Origin: Candidatus Magasanikiibacteriota bacterium
GTDB taxonomy: Bacteria; Patescibacteriota; Patescibacteriia; Magasanikbacterales; GWA2-37-8
DNA length: 64,000 nt
NCBI GenBank assembly: GCA_016182085.1
Contig: JACOYB010000004.1
Location: 339,923-403,922, forward strand
Reading direction: 5' to 3'
The notes under the pieces are model-generated. The model was given only the letters and a program-made list of their open reading frames with translations. It did not search any database and was not told where the DNA came from. Shown here one piece after another: positions 55,215-64,000 of the stretch (the stretch's first letter is position 1; each line of letters begins with the position of its first letter). The translations under genes and the position numbers were made by a program.

Positions 55215-56993
55215 TTAAATCTTTTTAATATCCTCAATAGTTAGTTGCAGTTCACGATTTCCATTCCATTCATTAACTCCAATAGAAAAAACCATATCAA
55301 TTTTATCGCCGGGTTTTAAGCATTGTTTCCAATCTTCGCCGCAGCGTTTTATATCGCCCAAACCAAAGCCGATCGTTTTTTTAACTAAATGGGAGTTGTG
55401 TTTAACCGTTAGCCGCAAATGTTTGCCGTCCTTTCCTACCGGATCAATATTTAATACGGTTACGGCCTTGGCTAGGTATTTTGGTTCTTCATTGGCTTGG
55501 CCAAATGGCTCAAATTTTTGCAGCAGATCATATAGTTTCCAATTTACTTCATCCAGGTCAACTTCCGCATCCACGGTAATTTGGGGTGTCATATCTACTT
55601 CTGTGGTTTGGGTAGCGGCTTTCTCACTTAGTTTTGTCTTAAATTCTTCCAAAATACTCTTATCCTTTAAGGTAAAGCCGCAAGCTTGCGGGTGCCCGCC
55701 AAATTTGGCAAATACTTCGGGCATACTCTGGAGGGCCAAAATTAAATTAAATTCGCGAATGCTGCGCCCGGACCCAACAATTTCTTTTTCCGTTTCCCCC
55801 ATGACAATAGATGGTCGGTAGTATTCATCTTTTATTTTTCCGGAAATAAGTCCCAAAATACCGGTGGGCCAGCCAGCCCCGAGCACGAACAAGACAGGGT
55901 TATCTTGTTGCGCGCTTTCTTTTATTTGTCTTCTGGCTTCGCTCACATACTGTTCGGTGATTTTTTGGCGGTCTGAATTATTTTTGTTTAGTTGCGCGGC
56001 TAAATCCTCAGCTTCTTTTTCATCCCTAGCCATAAGCAGTGCAAAAGCAAAATTGGCATGATCCATGCGTCCGGCAGCGTTAATTCGGGGAATAAGCTGG
56101 AAACTCATAGTAAATGAATCATAGATTCCACGTTTTGAGTTGCCGTTTTCATCGGCCAAACCAGAAGCAATCAGCAGTTTTTTTAAGCCAATGTTTTTAG
56201 TTTTATTTATTACGGTTAAGCCGTAACGGGTGAGAGTTCTAGATTCGCCCAGCAGCGGTACCATATCGCCGATAGAGGCAATAGCCACCAAATCTAACAT
56301 CCATTTTTCAAATCCTTCAAATGTTTGTCCGTCCGGCAACATCTGATGAGATCGCGCGTATTTGCGCAGTAGTCCTTGAACTAGTTTAAAACCCACAGCT
56401 GCGCCACAAAGCCCTTTGTCCGGGTAAGGTTCGCCTGGCACAAGCGGATGGATGATGGCGTCAGCTTTAGGGGCTTTTTTTGGCACCACATGGTGGTCGG
56501 TAATAATAACTTTCATTTTTTTCTTTTTGGCTTGTGCCACTTCGTTATAATTGCTTATGCCGCAGTCGCAAGTAATAATTAAATTTGTTTTTTTATCGGC
56601 CAAAAATTCTACAGTTCTCGGGTTAAGACCATAACCGTCTGTTTCGCGGTGGGGGATAAACACTTCCACATGCTCCGCCCCTAATTTTTTTAGACAGTTA
56701 ATAATTATGGCTGAAGCGCAGACACCGTCAGCGTCATAATCTCCGTGTACCACAATATTTTCTTGATTTTTTATTGATTTAAAAATTATATCCGTAGCAC
56801 GTTCCATGTCTTGGAATAAAAAAGGATCGTGAATATCTTGGGAATAATCAGGGTTTAAGAATTCGTCAATTTTTTTCTGGTCGCGCAGGTTTCTGTTCCA
56901 AAGCAACCGTGTAATTGTGTTTGGCAGTTCCGGGTGAGCGTTTATGAATTCTTCAGGCGGCGGCGGCAGGACATTCCATTTTTTTACGGACAT
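55215..56993 (-). CDS. recJ: single-stranded-DNA-specific exonuclease RecJ
   Basis: DHH motifs HGDYDADGV and ITDHHV, a DHHA1 domain and a C-terminal OB fold; length 592 aa. Confidence 0.88.
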   Translation of the reverse strand: MSVKKWNVLPPPPEEFINAHPELPNTITRLLWNRNLRDQKKIDEFLNPDYSQDIHDPFLFQDMERATDIIFKSIKNQENIVVHGDYDADGVCASAIIINCLKKLGAEHVEVFIPHRETDGYGLNPRTVEFLADKKTNLIITCDCGISNYNEVAQAKKKKMKVIITDHHVVPKKAPKADAIIHPLVPGEPYPDKGLCGAAVGFKLVQGLLRKYARSHQMLPDGQTFEGFEKWMLDLVAIASIGDMVPLLGESRTLTRYGLTVINKTKNIGLKKLLIASGLADENGNSKRGIYDSFTMSFQLIPRINAAGRMDHANFAFALLMARDEKEAEDLAAQLNKNNSDRQKITEQYVSEARRQIKESAQQDNPVLFVLGAGWPTGILGLISGKIKDEYYRPSIVMGETEKEIVGSGRSIREFNLILALQSMPEVFAKFGGHPQACGFTLKDKSILEEFKTKLSEKAATQTTEVDMTPQITVDAEVDLDEVNWKLYDLLQKFEPFGQANEEPKYLAKAVTVLNIDPVGKDGKHLRLTVKHNSHLVKKTIGFGLGDIKRCGEDWKQCLKPGDKIDMVFSIGVNEWNGNRELQLTIEDIKKI

Positions 56994-56997
56994 ATGA

Positions 56998-57438
56998 TTA
57001 TTTTTCTTTTCTATCTATAAAACTTTTCATGCTGATTTTTTTAAAATCCCAATATGAATCCGCTAAAAACAGGGTAAATAGGATAAATAAGACGTTTAAA
57101 CTTAAGTATTCTTTGGCGGGAATAGGTTGGTCAAAAATTGCGAAAAGTCCAATGCCGAGCAAGATCCATAACGTGAGTGTCTTATTGGTTAAACAGCGTC
57201 TTTCGGAAATGTTAATTTTATTTCTTATTTCCCATATATATACGGCATATAAAATTAAGAGCGGTCCAGCCACATACCACTGAAATTTATGGGGATCCTG
57301 GCCAAAATAGGCGATAAAATAAAAAAATAGCATGATAAAAATCAGCAGAGCCACAAATAGAAAAATTATATCCAACTGATATTTACGAAGAATTAGCATA
57401 CCTAGTTTATTGCAGTATTGGCATGAAACTAAAGGCAA
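56998..57438 (-). CDS. hypothetical polytopic membrane protein (146 aa)
   Basis: Four hydrophobic helices; host composition. Confidence 0.5.
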   Translation of the reverse strand: MPLVSCQYCNKLGMLILRKYQLDIIFLFVALLIFIMLFFYFIAYFGQDPHKFQWYVAGPLLILYAVYIWEIRNKINISERRCLTNKTLTLWILLGIGLFAIFDQPIPAKEYLSLNVLFILFTLFLADSYWDFKKISMKSFIDRKEK

Positions 57439-57507
57439 GCATGGCCAAAATTGCTACAAAGGAAATTACGATCCAGATTCGTTTAATAGTTTTTTGTTTT
57501 ATCATAA

Positions 57508-59310
57508 TTATCTTTTTAATACCGCCAAATAAGTCTCCGGCGGGATATCTATTTTTCCGTGCGCTAACATGCGTTTCTTGCCTTTTTTCTGTTTCTGTAA
57601 TAGTTTTTGTTTGCGAGTATAGTCGCCGCCGCTCATGGTTTCAATTACATCTTTGCGTAAAGCGGACAATCTATCTGCGGCAATTACCTTGCCGCCAATG
57701 GCGGCCTGGATTTTAAGGACAAATTGTTGTCTGGGCAATGACTCCTTTAGGGACTCCACAATTTTTTTGCCTACTTTGTACGCGTAATCTCGCCATACAA
57801 GCGTGGACAGAGCCTCTACCTGTTCTTCTGCCACAATAATATCTAGTCTTACCACATCCGTAGTTTGGTAATCTATAAATTCATAATTCATGGATGCGTA
57901 ACCGGAGGTAACGGTCTTTAGTTTATCATAAAAGTCGGTAATAAGCGATGCGAGCGGTATTTCGTAATGCAGCATGGCGCGCTGGTCGCTGCCGGTGCTT
58001 AAGTACTCGGTATTTATATATTTACCCTTGCGCTCGGAAACGAGTCCCATCACATTACCTACAAAATCTTTTGGAGTAATCACATCAAGTTTCATCCATG
58101 GTTCCAAAATTTCCGTTATGTGTGTTGGGTCCGGCATTTCTTGCGGGCTATGAATAATTTTTTCTTGTCCCGTGTTATTAATAATACGATAAGCCACGCT
58201 CGGTACCGTAATTATTATTTCTAAATTATACTCTCGACTTAATCGTTCTTGGAAAATATCTAGGTGTAATAATCCGAGGAAGCCGCAGCGGAAACCAAAG
58301 CCCAGAGCTAGGGAGTGTTCGGGCTCATAAAAAAGCGAAGCGTCGTTTAGCTTAAGTCTTTCAATCGCATCACGCAATGTTTGGTAATCGTCACCCTCTT
58401 TAGGGAATATCCCGGCATACACCACGGGTTTTACTTCTTTGTAGCCGGGCAGAGCCAGGGTATGAATATTTTTTTCTTCCTCATCTTTTTTGTAAGTGGT
58501 AATTGTGTCACCAACGCGACAGTCGCGCAGTTCTTTTAGTCCGGTAATACAATAGCCAATTTCACCGGTATTTATTTTTTCAGCAGACTGAAATTTTGGT
58601 TTGTAATATCCGACTTCCAAAACTTCGGCCGGAGTTCTGGTGCCGATAAGAAATATTTTGTCTCCTTTTTTTAATTCACCGTCCATAACTCTAACAGAAG
58701 CGATTACGCCTTTATAGTCGTTGTACACAGAATCAAAAATCAAAGCCCTGGTAGGGTTGTTGGTGTCGTATGTTGGCGGTGGAATTCTCTCTATGACTGC
58801 TTCCAGAATTTTATCTACACCCTGGCCAGTTTTACCGGATGCCAAAATAATTTCTTCGGGTTTGCAGCCAAGCAAATGCAAAATCTCATCTCTGGTTTTT
58901 TCCACATTGGCATTTGGCATGTCAATTTTGTTGATTACCGGAATGATAGTGAGGTTTTGCTCAATCGCTAAATATAAATTACCGATAGTTTGCGCCTGCA
59001 CACCCTGGCTCGCGTCAACCAAAAGGATGGCTCCCTCCACGGCCGCGAGTGACCGAGAAACTTCATAGTTAAAATCCACATGCCCTGGGGTATCAATTAA
59101 ATTGATCACATAATCTTTATACGACATTCGCACCGGTGTCAGTTTAATGGTAATACCGCGTTCACGCTCCAGCTCCATGGAGTCTAGCAATTGAGCTTGC
59201 ATGTCCCGTTTTTGGACAGTGCCGGTAAATTCTAAGAGACGATCTGCCAGAGTGCTCTTGCCGTGATCAATGTGAGCTATGATACAAAAATTACGTATAT
59301 GTTGAGTCAT
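57508..59310 (-). CDS. lepA: translation elongation factor 4 (LepA)
   Basis: MTQHIRNFCIIAHIDHGKSTLADRLL, and the LepA-specific C-terminal domain. Confidence 0.95.
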   Translation of the reverse strand: MTQHIRNFCIIAHIDHGKSTLADRLLEFTGTVQKRDMQAQLLDSMELERERGITIKLTPVRMSYKDYVINLIDTPGHVDFNYEVSRSLAAVEGAILLVDASQGVQAQTIGNLYLAIEQNLTIIPVINKIDMPNANVEKTRDEILHLLGCKPEEIILASGKTGQGVDKILEAVIERIPPPTYDTNNPTRALIFDSVYNDYKGVIASVRVMDGELKKGDKIFLIGTRTPAEVLEVGYYKPKFQSAEKINTGEIGYCITGLKELRDCRVGDTITTYKKDEEEKNIHTLALPGYKEVKPVVYAGIFPKEGDDYQTLRDAIERLKLNDASLFYEPEHSLALGFGFRCGFLGLLHLDIFQERLSREYNLEIIITVPSVAYRIINNTGQEKIIHSPQEMPDPTHITEILEPWMKLDVITPKDFVGNVMGLVSERKGKYINTEYLSTGSDQRAMLHYEIPLASLITDFYDKLKTVTSGYASMNYEFIDYQTTDVVRLDIIVAEEQVEALSTLVWRDYAYKVGKKIVESLKESLPRQQFVLKIQAAIGGKVIAADRLSALRKDVIETMSGGDYTRKQKLLQKQKKGKKRMLAHGKIDIPPETYLAVLKR

Positions 59311-59330
59311 AAATAACTGGTGCGGGGGCT

Positions 59331-60953
59331 TTAAGCGTTAGTTTCAATAGATTCTTCCGTTTGAACTTGTTTGGTTTTAAGTAATAAGAAGCGACTGCTA
59401 AGGCCATCTCTAATTTGGAGAAGTTCCGGCACCTTCAAAAGGTAACATATTACAATATAAATTGCCAGGCCAGCCAGGGCAGCTACCAACCCTTGTCCAA
59501 AAATACCCAAAAAATAATCCTGGTTGAAGACGCTAGCCAAAGGTTTTTTGGCATATTGAATCGTAATCGCCATGGCCATAGCCGCGATTATGATGCGATA
59601 CAAAGATGAGAAGATTTTTTCTCCGTCTATTTTTTTCAATATATTTCTCAGCGATATGGTTAAAATAATTAGATTTACCGTAGAACCGACTGAAAAAGCT
59701 AAAGCGAGGCCGGCAACGCCAAATGGCTTCATTAAAATTAAGGCGGCGATAATACTCGTAAGTTCGGAAATTACGCCAACTACAAAAGGAGTTTTAGTAT
59801 TAGATAAGGCATAAAATGCTCTGGCAAGCAGGGGGATAAGCGCTTGGGCAAACAAACTCAAGGCAAATAGCGCCAGCGTATCGGCAGTATGTACGGTCGC
59901 TTCCCAATCAAATTTTCCAGTTCCCAAAACCACCCGCACAATTTGCGCTCTAACCAAAAGAATGATAATCGCGCAGGGAATGATCAAAAATAAAATTTGT
60001 CTGATAGTGGAGGAGAGATTTTTTACAAATTCTTCCATATCATTTTTGGCCGCCGACATTGACAGCACCGGAAAAACGGCCAAAGCAAAGGGGATGCCAA
60101 TTATGCCGATCGGTACAGCCTGTAAATTATTGGCAAAATTAAAAATAGCCACGCTGCCCACGGGCAGCAAAGATGCCAGTACCGTAATGATAACCAAATT
60201 GAGCTGGCTGATAGCCAGGCCCAAAGTTCGTGGCATCATTAGCTTGCCCACTAGTCTGGCATTTTTGTCTTTTAAATTAAAATACCATTGCCATTTGTAA
60301 CCATTGGCGTAGGCGCTGTATGTTTGCAAAGATAAATGCATAAAAGCGCCCAGCACCACGCCCCATGCCAGACCGCTGGTTCCAAGCAAGGGAACAAGCA
60401 TAATCGCGCCAATAATAATTCCCAGGTTATAGAAAATTGGAGCTAGAGAATAGAGAAAGAAAGCCCGCAGGGATTGCAAAATACCGCCAATAACCATGGA
60501 AAGACCGAGCAGGATAGTGGAGCCAAACATGATGCGAGTAAGGGTGATAACCAGCGCTTTGGAGGTGTCGTTAAATCCGGGAGCGATAATTGGCGCGAGT
60601 ATCGGAGTAAAGATAATGCCAAAAAAACTTACAATGAGCAAAGCGATAGCGGTGATATTTAAAATATTATTTGCCAATTTCCAGGCCGGCGATTTGTCTT
60701 CGTTTTGGTTGAATAGTTTGCTAAATGTCGGAATAAAACCTGCGCTTAACGCTCCGATAATCAGTAAATTATAAATCAAATCGGGAATTTTAAACGCGGC
60801 ATAATAGGAATCCATAATCGGACCCGCGCCAAAATAATGAGCAAAGATTCTATCGCGCGCCAGTCCCATAATGCGGCTAATCAAAGTAGCGCCGGAAATA
60901 ATAATAGCGGCCCCAGTGATGGATTTCGATTGACTGTTAAAAACCCTAAGCAT
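59331..60953 (-). CDS. murJ: lipid II flippase MurJ (MviN)
   Basis: ISRIMGLARDRIFAHYFGAGPIMDSYYAAFKIPDLIYNLL, a conserved MurJ N-terminal block; 14 TM helices. Confidence 0.85.
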   Translation of the reverse strand: MLRVFNSQSKSITGAAIIISGATLISRIMGLARDRIFAHYFGAGPIMDSYYAAFKIPDLIYNLLIIGALSAGFIPTFSKLFNQNEDKSPAWKLANNILNITAIALLIVSFFGIIFTPILAPIIAPGFNDTSKALVITLTRIMFGSTILLGLSMVIGGILQSLRAFFLYSLAPIFYNLGIIIGAIMLVPLLGTSGLAWGVVLGAFMHLSLQTYSAYANGYKWQWYFNLKDKNARLVGKLMMPRTLGLAISQLNLVIITVLASLLPVGSVAIFNFANNLQAVPIGIIGIPFALAVFPVLSMSAAKNDMEEFVKNLSSTIRQILFLIIPCAIIILLVRAQIVRVVLGTGKFDWEATVHTADTLALFALSLFAQALIPLLARAFYALSNTKTPFVVGVISELTSIIAALILMKPFGVAGLALAFSVGSTVNLIILTISLRNILKKIDGEKIFSSLYRIIIAAMAMAITIQYAKKPLASVFNQDYFLGIFGQGLVAALAGLAIYIVICYLLKVPELLQIRDGLSSRFLLLKTKQVQTEESIETNA

Positions 60954-60957
60954 ACAT

Positions 60958-61638
60958 TTAGGTGCTGCTAGAAATATCTGTGTTTAAATTTACCGTAAGT
61001 ACCGCGTACTCTGCCCCTTGTCCGGGAGTTCCCTGCACATACATGGATCCGGTAATGTCGTCTTTACTAAAGGAAAATTGTTGTACATTTTTGCCTTCAC
61101 TTTCCACGTCTATTTTATATGATTCTTTTTTTAATTCAGTTTTATAGTAACCAACGATAAAAAACGGATCGGCGTTTAGCCGTCTCCATTCTATCTGCAC
61201 GGTATCACGATGATCGCTCACCGGTGTGCTGATTATTTTCCATAAATTTGTTACGGAAGTGAGTTTGTTCGGATCGGCAGGATTTTGCGAGTCTTTGTCC
61301 AGGCTAATAAGCAGAGGCGATAAAATTATTTTTGGGAAAAAAGCGGCAATTTCTATGCCTCGGTTTTTATATTTTCCGGAAATAAAGGTAATTTTTTCTA
61401 TGCTGTCCGTGTCATAAACCGGAATATCTTTAGGGAAATTTTGCGGAACAGTGTTTAATGTTTCCGGACCGCTGCCCATGGCCAGGCGGATAAAGATTAT
61501 AATTCCGATAATAAGGAATACCAAACAACCGCAACCGGTGAGGCAAGCGCGTTTAATGGCGGAAAAAGCGGAATATTTTTTAGTTAGTTCGCCAATTGGC
61601 GGCTCTACAATCTCAACACTGTTTAAATCACGGCGCAT
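60958..61638 (-). CDS. hypothetical membrane-anchored protein (226 aa)
   Basis: N-terminal TM helix CLVFLIIGIIIFIRLAMG; host composition. Confidence 0.55.
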   Translation of the reverse strand: MRRDLNSVEIVEPPIGELTKKYSAFSAIKRACLTGCGCLVFLIIGIIIFIRLAMGSGPETLNTVPQNFPKDIPVYDTDSIEKITFISGKYKNRGIEIAAFFPKIILSPLLISLDKDSQNPADPNKLTSVTNLWKIISTPVSDHRDTVQIEWRRLNADPFFIVGYYKTELKKESYKIDVESEGKNVQQFSFSKDDITGSMYVQGTPGQGAEYAVLTVNLNTDISSST

Positions 61639-61698
61639 AGAATTTTTCTAAACACTATTGTAACAGAAAAAGTTTAGTTTGGGTAGCCTTTTAAATAC

Positions 61699-61727
61699 AA
61701 AACATCCCGATTTAGTCGGGATGTTTT
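61699..61727. terminator. bidirectional terminator AAAACATCCCGATTTAGTCGGGATGTTTT (near-identical to 37878-37908)
   Basis: One loop substitution relative to the other copy. Confidence 0.8.
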
Positions 61728-61893
61728 AATATAGAGCAAATGGCTCTCGCTATAGTTACAAGATTTATAACGATAGCGAGTAGGAGCCATTTGCGTGCGT
61801 GCCCCTGCCCGCGCCCGCGTGTATGCGACAGGGACTGGAGCACCAGAGCGCCGACGGGGGGTGGTCTAGTAGGCCCGCCCATGCTGCGGAGGT

Positions 61894-62463
61894 TCAGGGC
61901 TGATTTTGCCAGTAACCGTAACAGGATGTCTCCAGCGTCGGCTTGCGGACAGTCTTGGCCGTGTCCGGACAGCTCTGGTGGAACGTCCACAGCGGCGAGG
62001 CTGCGTCGGCTGCCTGGATATCACTTTCAAGATCCAGGTTCGGTAACCACGCTCCGTAGAGGTAGCAGATGCCGGGCTTGTCGTCCGGGCACACGAACTG
62101 CGTCCCGGGAACTTTGGGCGGGTACTTCTCCTCCGTGGCCCGGAGCATGCGGTTGAGCTCATCGATGAGGGCCTTCTGCTTCCGCATGACATGCAGCAGG
62201 TCGGCTTCGAGCGCGTCCTTCTCGTTGATGAGATTGTTCTTCAGATTGATGACATCGTCCTTCGCCTCGACGATCTCGTTCTTCTGCTCGACCGTGTGCA
62301 CCCATAAGAAGGTGGTAACGGTAAAGAGGAAGAAGTTCAAGACGGTGGCCGCAATCATGATGCGCCTCCATTCCTTGAGCCGGCCGTTTTCGGCCGTGAG
62401 ATCCTGGATTTGCTCCTGGGGGGAGCTGGTCGTCGTTTCGCGTGAGGATTCCATGATAGTCAC
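61894..62463 (-). CDS. hypothetical single-pass membrane protein with a coiled coil and Cys-containing C-terminal domain (189 aa) on a roughly 60% GC island
   Basis: TM helix IMIAATVLNFFLFTVTTFLWV; coiled coil LKNNLINEKDALEADLLHVMRKQKALIDELNRML; C-terminal region with 4 Cys. GC3-rich codons. A host-type promoter TTGACAaaacctcatttttatgcAATCAT lies upstream on the minus strand. The plus-strand ORFs over the same DNA are Arg/Pro-rich antisense artefacts. Confidence 0.55.
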   Translation of the reverse strand: MTIMESSRETTTSSPQEQIQDLTAENGRLKEWRRIMIAATVLNFFLFTVTTFLWVHTVEQKNEIVEAKDDVINLKNNLINEKDALEADLLHVMRKQKALIDELNRMLRATEEKYPPKVPGTQFVCPDDKPGICYLYGAWLPNLDLESDIQAADAASPLWTFHQSCPDTAKTVRKPTLETSCYGYWQNQP

Positions 62464-62735
62464 CAGCCTTGTGAGGGTTTCTACTCTAGCGTTTCGGAAT
62501 ACGCCTGAGCATACTTGTGAAAAGAAACCAAAGCAGTTTTTCCGATACCTGCTCTGATAACTAAATGTGCTATATAATAGTTAGCACGCTTAGTTATTAA
62601 AGCAATAATATATGATTGCATAAAAATGAGGTTTTGTCAACAGGTAGACGCCCGTTTTATGTTTGGAAAATTCTTTGTTTCTTTGCTATACTATGTTCAT
62701 ATTTTAGTAGCTTAATAGTTTATTGTTTATCCGTT

Positions 62736-64000
62736 ATGAAGTTGTCTTTTTACGGAGCCGCGGGAGAGGTAACCGGTTCGTGTAACATGTTTACGGTTGA
62801 GGGGAAGAAATTTTTGGTTGACTGCGGCATGTTTCAGGGCGCTCAATTTAATGAAGAAAAAAATAGAGAACCGTTTCCATTTAACCCGGCCGAACTTTCC
62901 GGAGTTATCGTTACCCATGCTCATTTGGATCATGTTGGCAGGTTGCCGTTACTTGTAAAAAATGGATACGAGGGCAGTTTTTTTGCCACGCCACCCACTG
63001 CAGAGCTTACGGAATTACTTTTACAAGACGCGCTGCATATCATGCTGTACAACCATAGCCATGGCGGCGCGCCAGTCTTATATGACTCTACCGATATCGC
63101 CAAAGTGATGGAGCGTTTTAAGACCGTGGATTATAAAGAAAAAACAAAATTATCTCCGGAAGTTTTTTTTACCTTGCATGATGTCGGGCATATTTTTGGT
63201 TCGGCATTTGTTGAAGTAGAAGCGGGGGGAAAAAAGATTGTATTTTCCGGCGATGTGGGCAACGCCAATGTGCCAATTTTAAAAGACACCGAATCATTGC
63301 CCAAAGATATCGATGCGTTAGTTTGCGAATCAACCTATGGCAACCGGTTGCACGAAACAGTAACTAAGCGTTCGGAAATACTGTTAGAGTTAATTTCTAA
63401 AGCTATCGCCCGCGGCGGTACGCTGATGGTTCCGTCTTTTTCTTTTGAGCGCACGCAAGAATTAATTTATGAATTAAATAATTTGGTTGATCGCAAGAAA
63501 TTATTACCTCGCGTGCCGATTTTTTTGGACAGTCCGCTGGCAATTAAAGCCACCAGAGTGTATTTAAAGTATCCGGAGTATTATGACAGAGAAGCAGAGG
63601 TTCTTCGTAAAAGCGGAGATGATTTGTTTGATTTTCCCGGACTTGTTATAACCGAAACGCCGGAAGAATCTAAAAAAATAAATCATACTCCCGGCCCAAA
63701 AATCGTGGTTGCCGGTTCAGGCATGATGAATGGCGGGCGTATTTTGCACCATGCGTTGCGATATCTGTCGGATGAAAAAAGTACGCTGCTCATAATTGGC
63801 TTTCAAGCTGAAGGCACGCTCGGAAGAAAAATTTTAGATGGTCAAACGCCAGTAGATGTAATGGGAGAAAAAGTCCGGGTAAATTGCCAGGTTAAATCCA
63901 TTGGCGCGTTGTCCGCGCACGCGGATCAGGAAAAATTACTTAGTTGGATCGGAAAAGCCAAGCCTAAAAAAGTTTTACTTAATCACGGCGAAAAAAGCGT
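62736..64000 (+). CDS. MBL-fold beta-CASP ribonuclease (RNase J-like), 3' end beyond the window
   Basis: MKLSFYGAAGEVTGSCNMFTVEGKKFLVDCGMFQG, VTHAHLDHVGRLP (HxHxDH), and beta-CASP motifs (CESTYGNRLH, ...SAHADQ). No stop codon before the window edge. Confidence 0.8.
   Translation, partial: MKLSFYGAAGEVTGSCNMFTVEGKKFLVDCGMFQGAQFNEEKNREPFPFNPAELSGVIVTHAHLDHVGRLPLLVKNGYEGSFFATPPTAELTELLLQDALHIMLYNHSHGGAPVLYDSTDIAKVMERFKTVDYKEKTKLSPEVFFTLHDVGHIFGSAFVEVEAGGKKIVFSGDVGNANVPILKDTESLPKDIDALVCESTYGNRLHETVTKRSEILLELISKAIARGGTLMVPSFSFERTQELIYELNNLVDRKKLLPRVPIFLDSPLAIKATRVYLKYPEYYDREAEVLRKSGDDLFDFPGLVITETPEESKKINHTPGPKIVVAGSGMMNGGRILHHALRYLSDEKSTLLIIGFQAEGTLGRKILDGQTPVDVMGEKVRVNCQVKSIGALSAHADQEKLLSWIGKAKPKKVLLNHGEKS

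Noticed and set aside
61740-62557. Plus-strand ORFs (138 aa, 162 aa) and the 108-aa minus-frame ORF over island 5
   Set aside because: Arg/Pro/Ser-rich antisense artefacts. The 189-aa minus ORF has a TM helix, a heptad coiled coil and a matching upstream promoter.

Overview
This 64-kb window comes from a compact, low-GC (about 38%) bacterial chromosome. It has the look of an ultra-small-genome lineage (CPR/Patescibacteria-like): short intergenic gaps, weak Shine-Dalgarno usage, many membrane-anchored hypothetical proteins, giant Thr/Ser/Gly-rich surface proteins and little biosynthesis. That lineage call is inference from composition and gene content only. The host backbone is ordinary housekeeping: dnaG (5' truncated by the window edge)-rpoD, a hypothetical gene coupled to murG, tRNA-Lys and tRNA-Val, a HAAAP-type permease, an HTH regulator divergent from an ECF sigma/anti-sigma-like pair feeding a 1232-aa surface protein, typA, tRNA-Glu, a Ser/Thr kinase, dus, a PLD-family enzyme, rarA, gdhA, yidC, an SPFH protein, hrcA-grpE-dnaK-dnaJ (with two extra ORFs and a CIRCE-like operator), a second ECF sigma module, an rnhA interrupted by an in-frame TAG, murA, ctpA, era, rplI, pyrG, an envelope glycosylation cluster (sugar transferase, S8 protease, epimerase, GT2, GT4, methyltransferase), recJ, lepA, murJ and a 3'-truncated RNase J-like beta-CASP gene. 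Not explained by that backbone: (1) five short 50-63% GC islands (about 5.1-5.8 kb, 18.9-22.8 kb, 26.5-27.1 kb, 42.7-43.4 kb, 61.8-62.5 kb), each with one or two foreign-looking ORFs, strong GGAGG-type ribosome-binding sites and host-consensus promoters, two of them abutting tRNA genes with duplicated tRNA fragments; (2) a family of at least six hairpin-forming TGTCATyCyGAG...GGATGACA palindromic elements, one inserted in-frame inside dus; (3) a 490-bp hairpin-dense element bounded by perfect 25-bp terminal inverted repeats between the surface-protein gene and typA; (4) a structured segment downstream of tRNA-Glu carrying a GAGGAAAGUCC motif; (5) triple 22-bp palindromic operators at the HTH/ECF-sigma divergent promoter. 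No CRISPR array, rRNA or recognisable transposase/integrase gene was seen.
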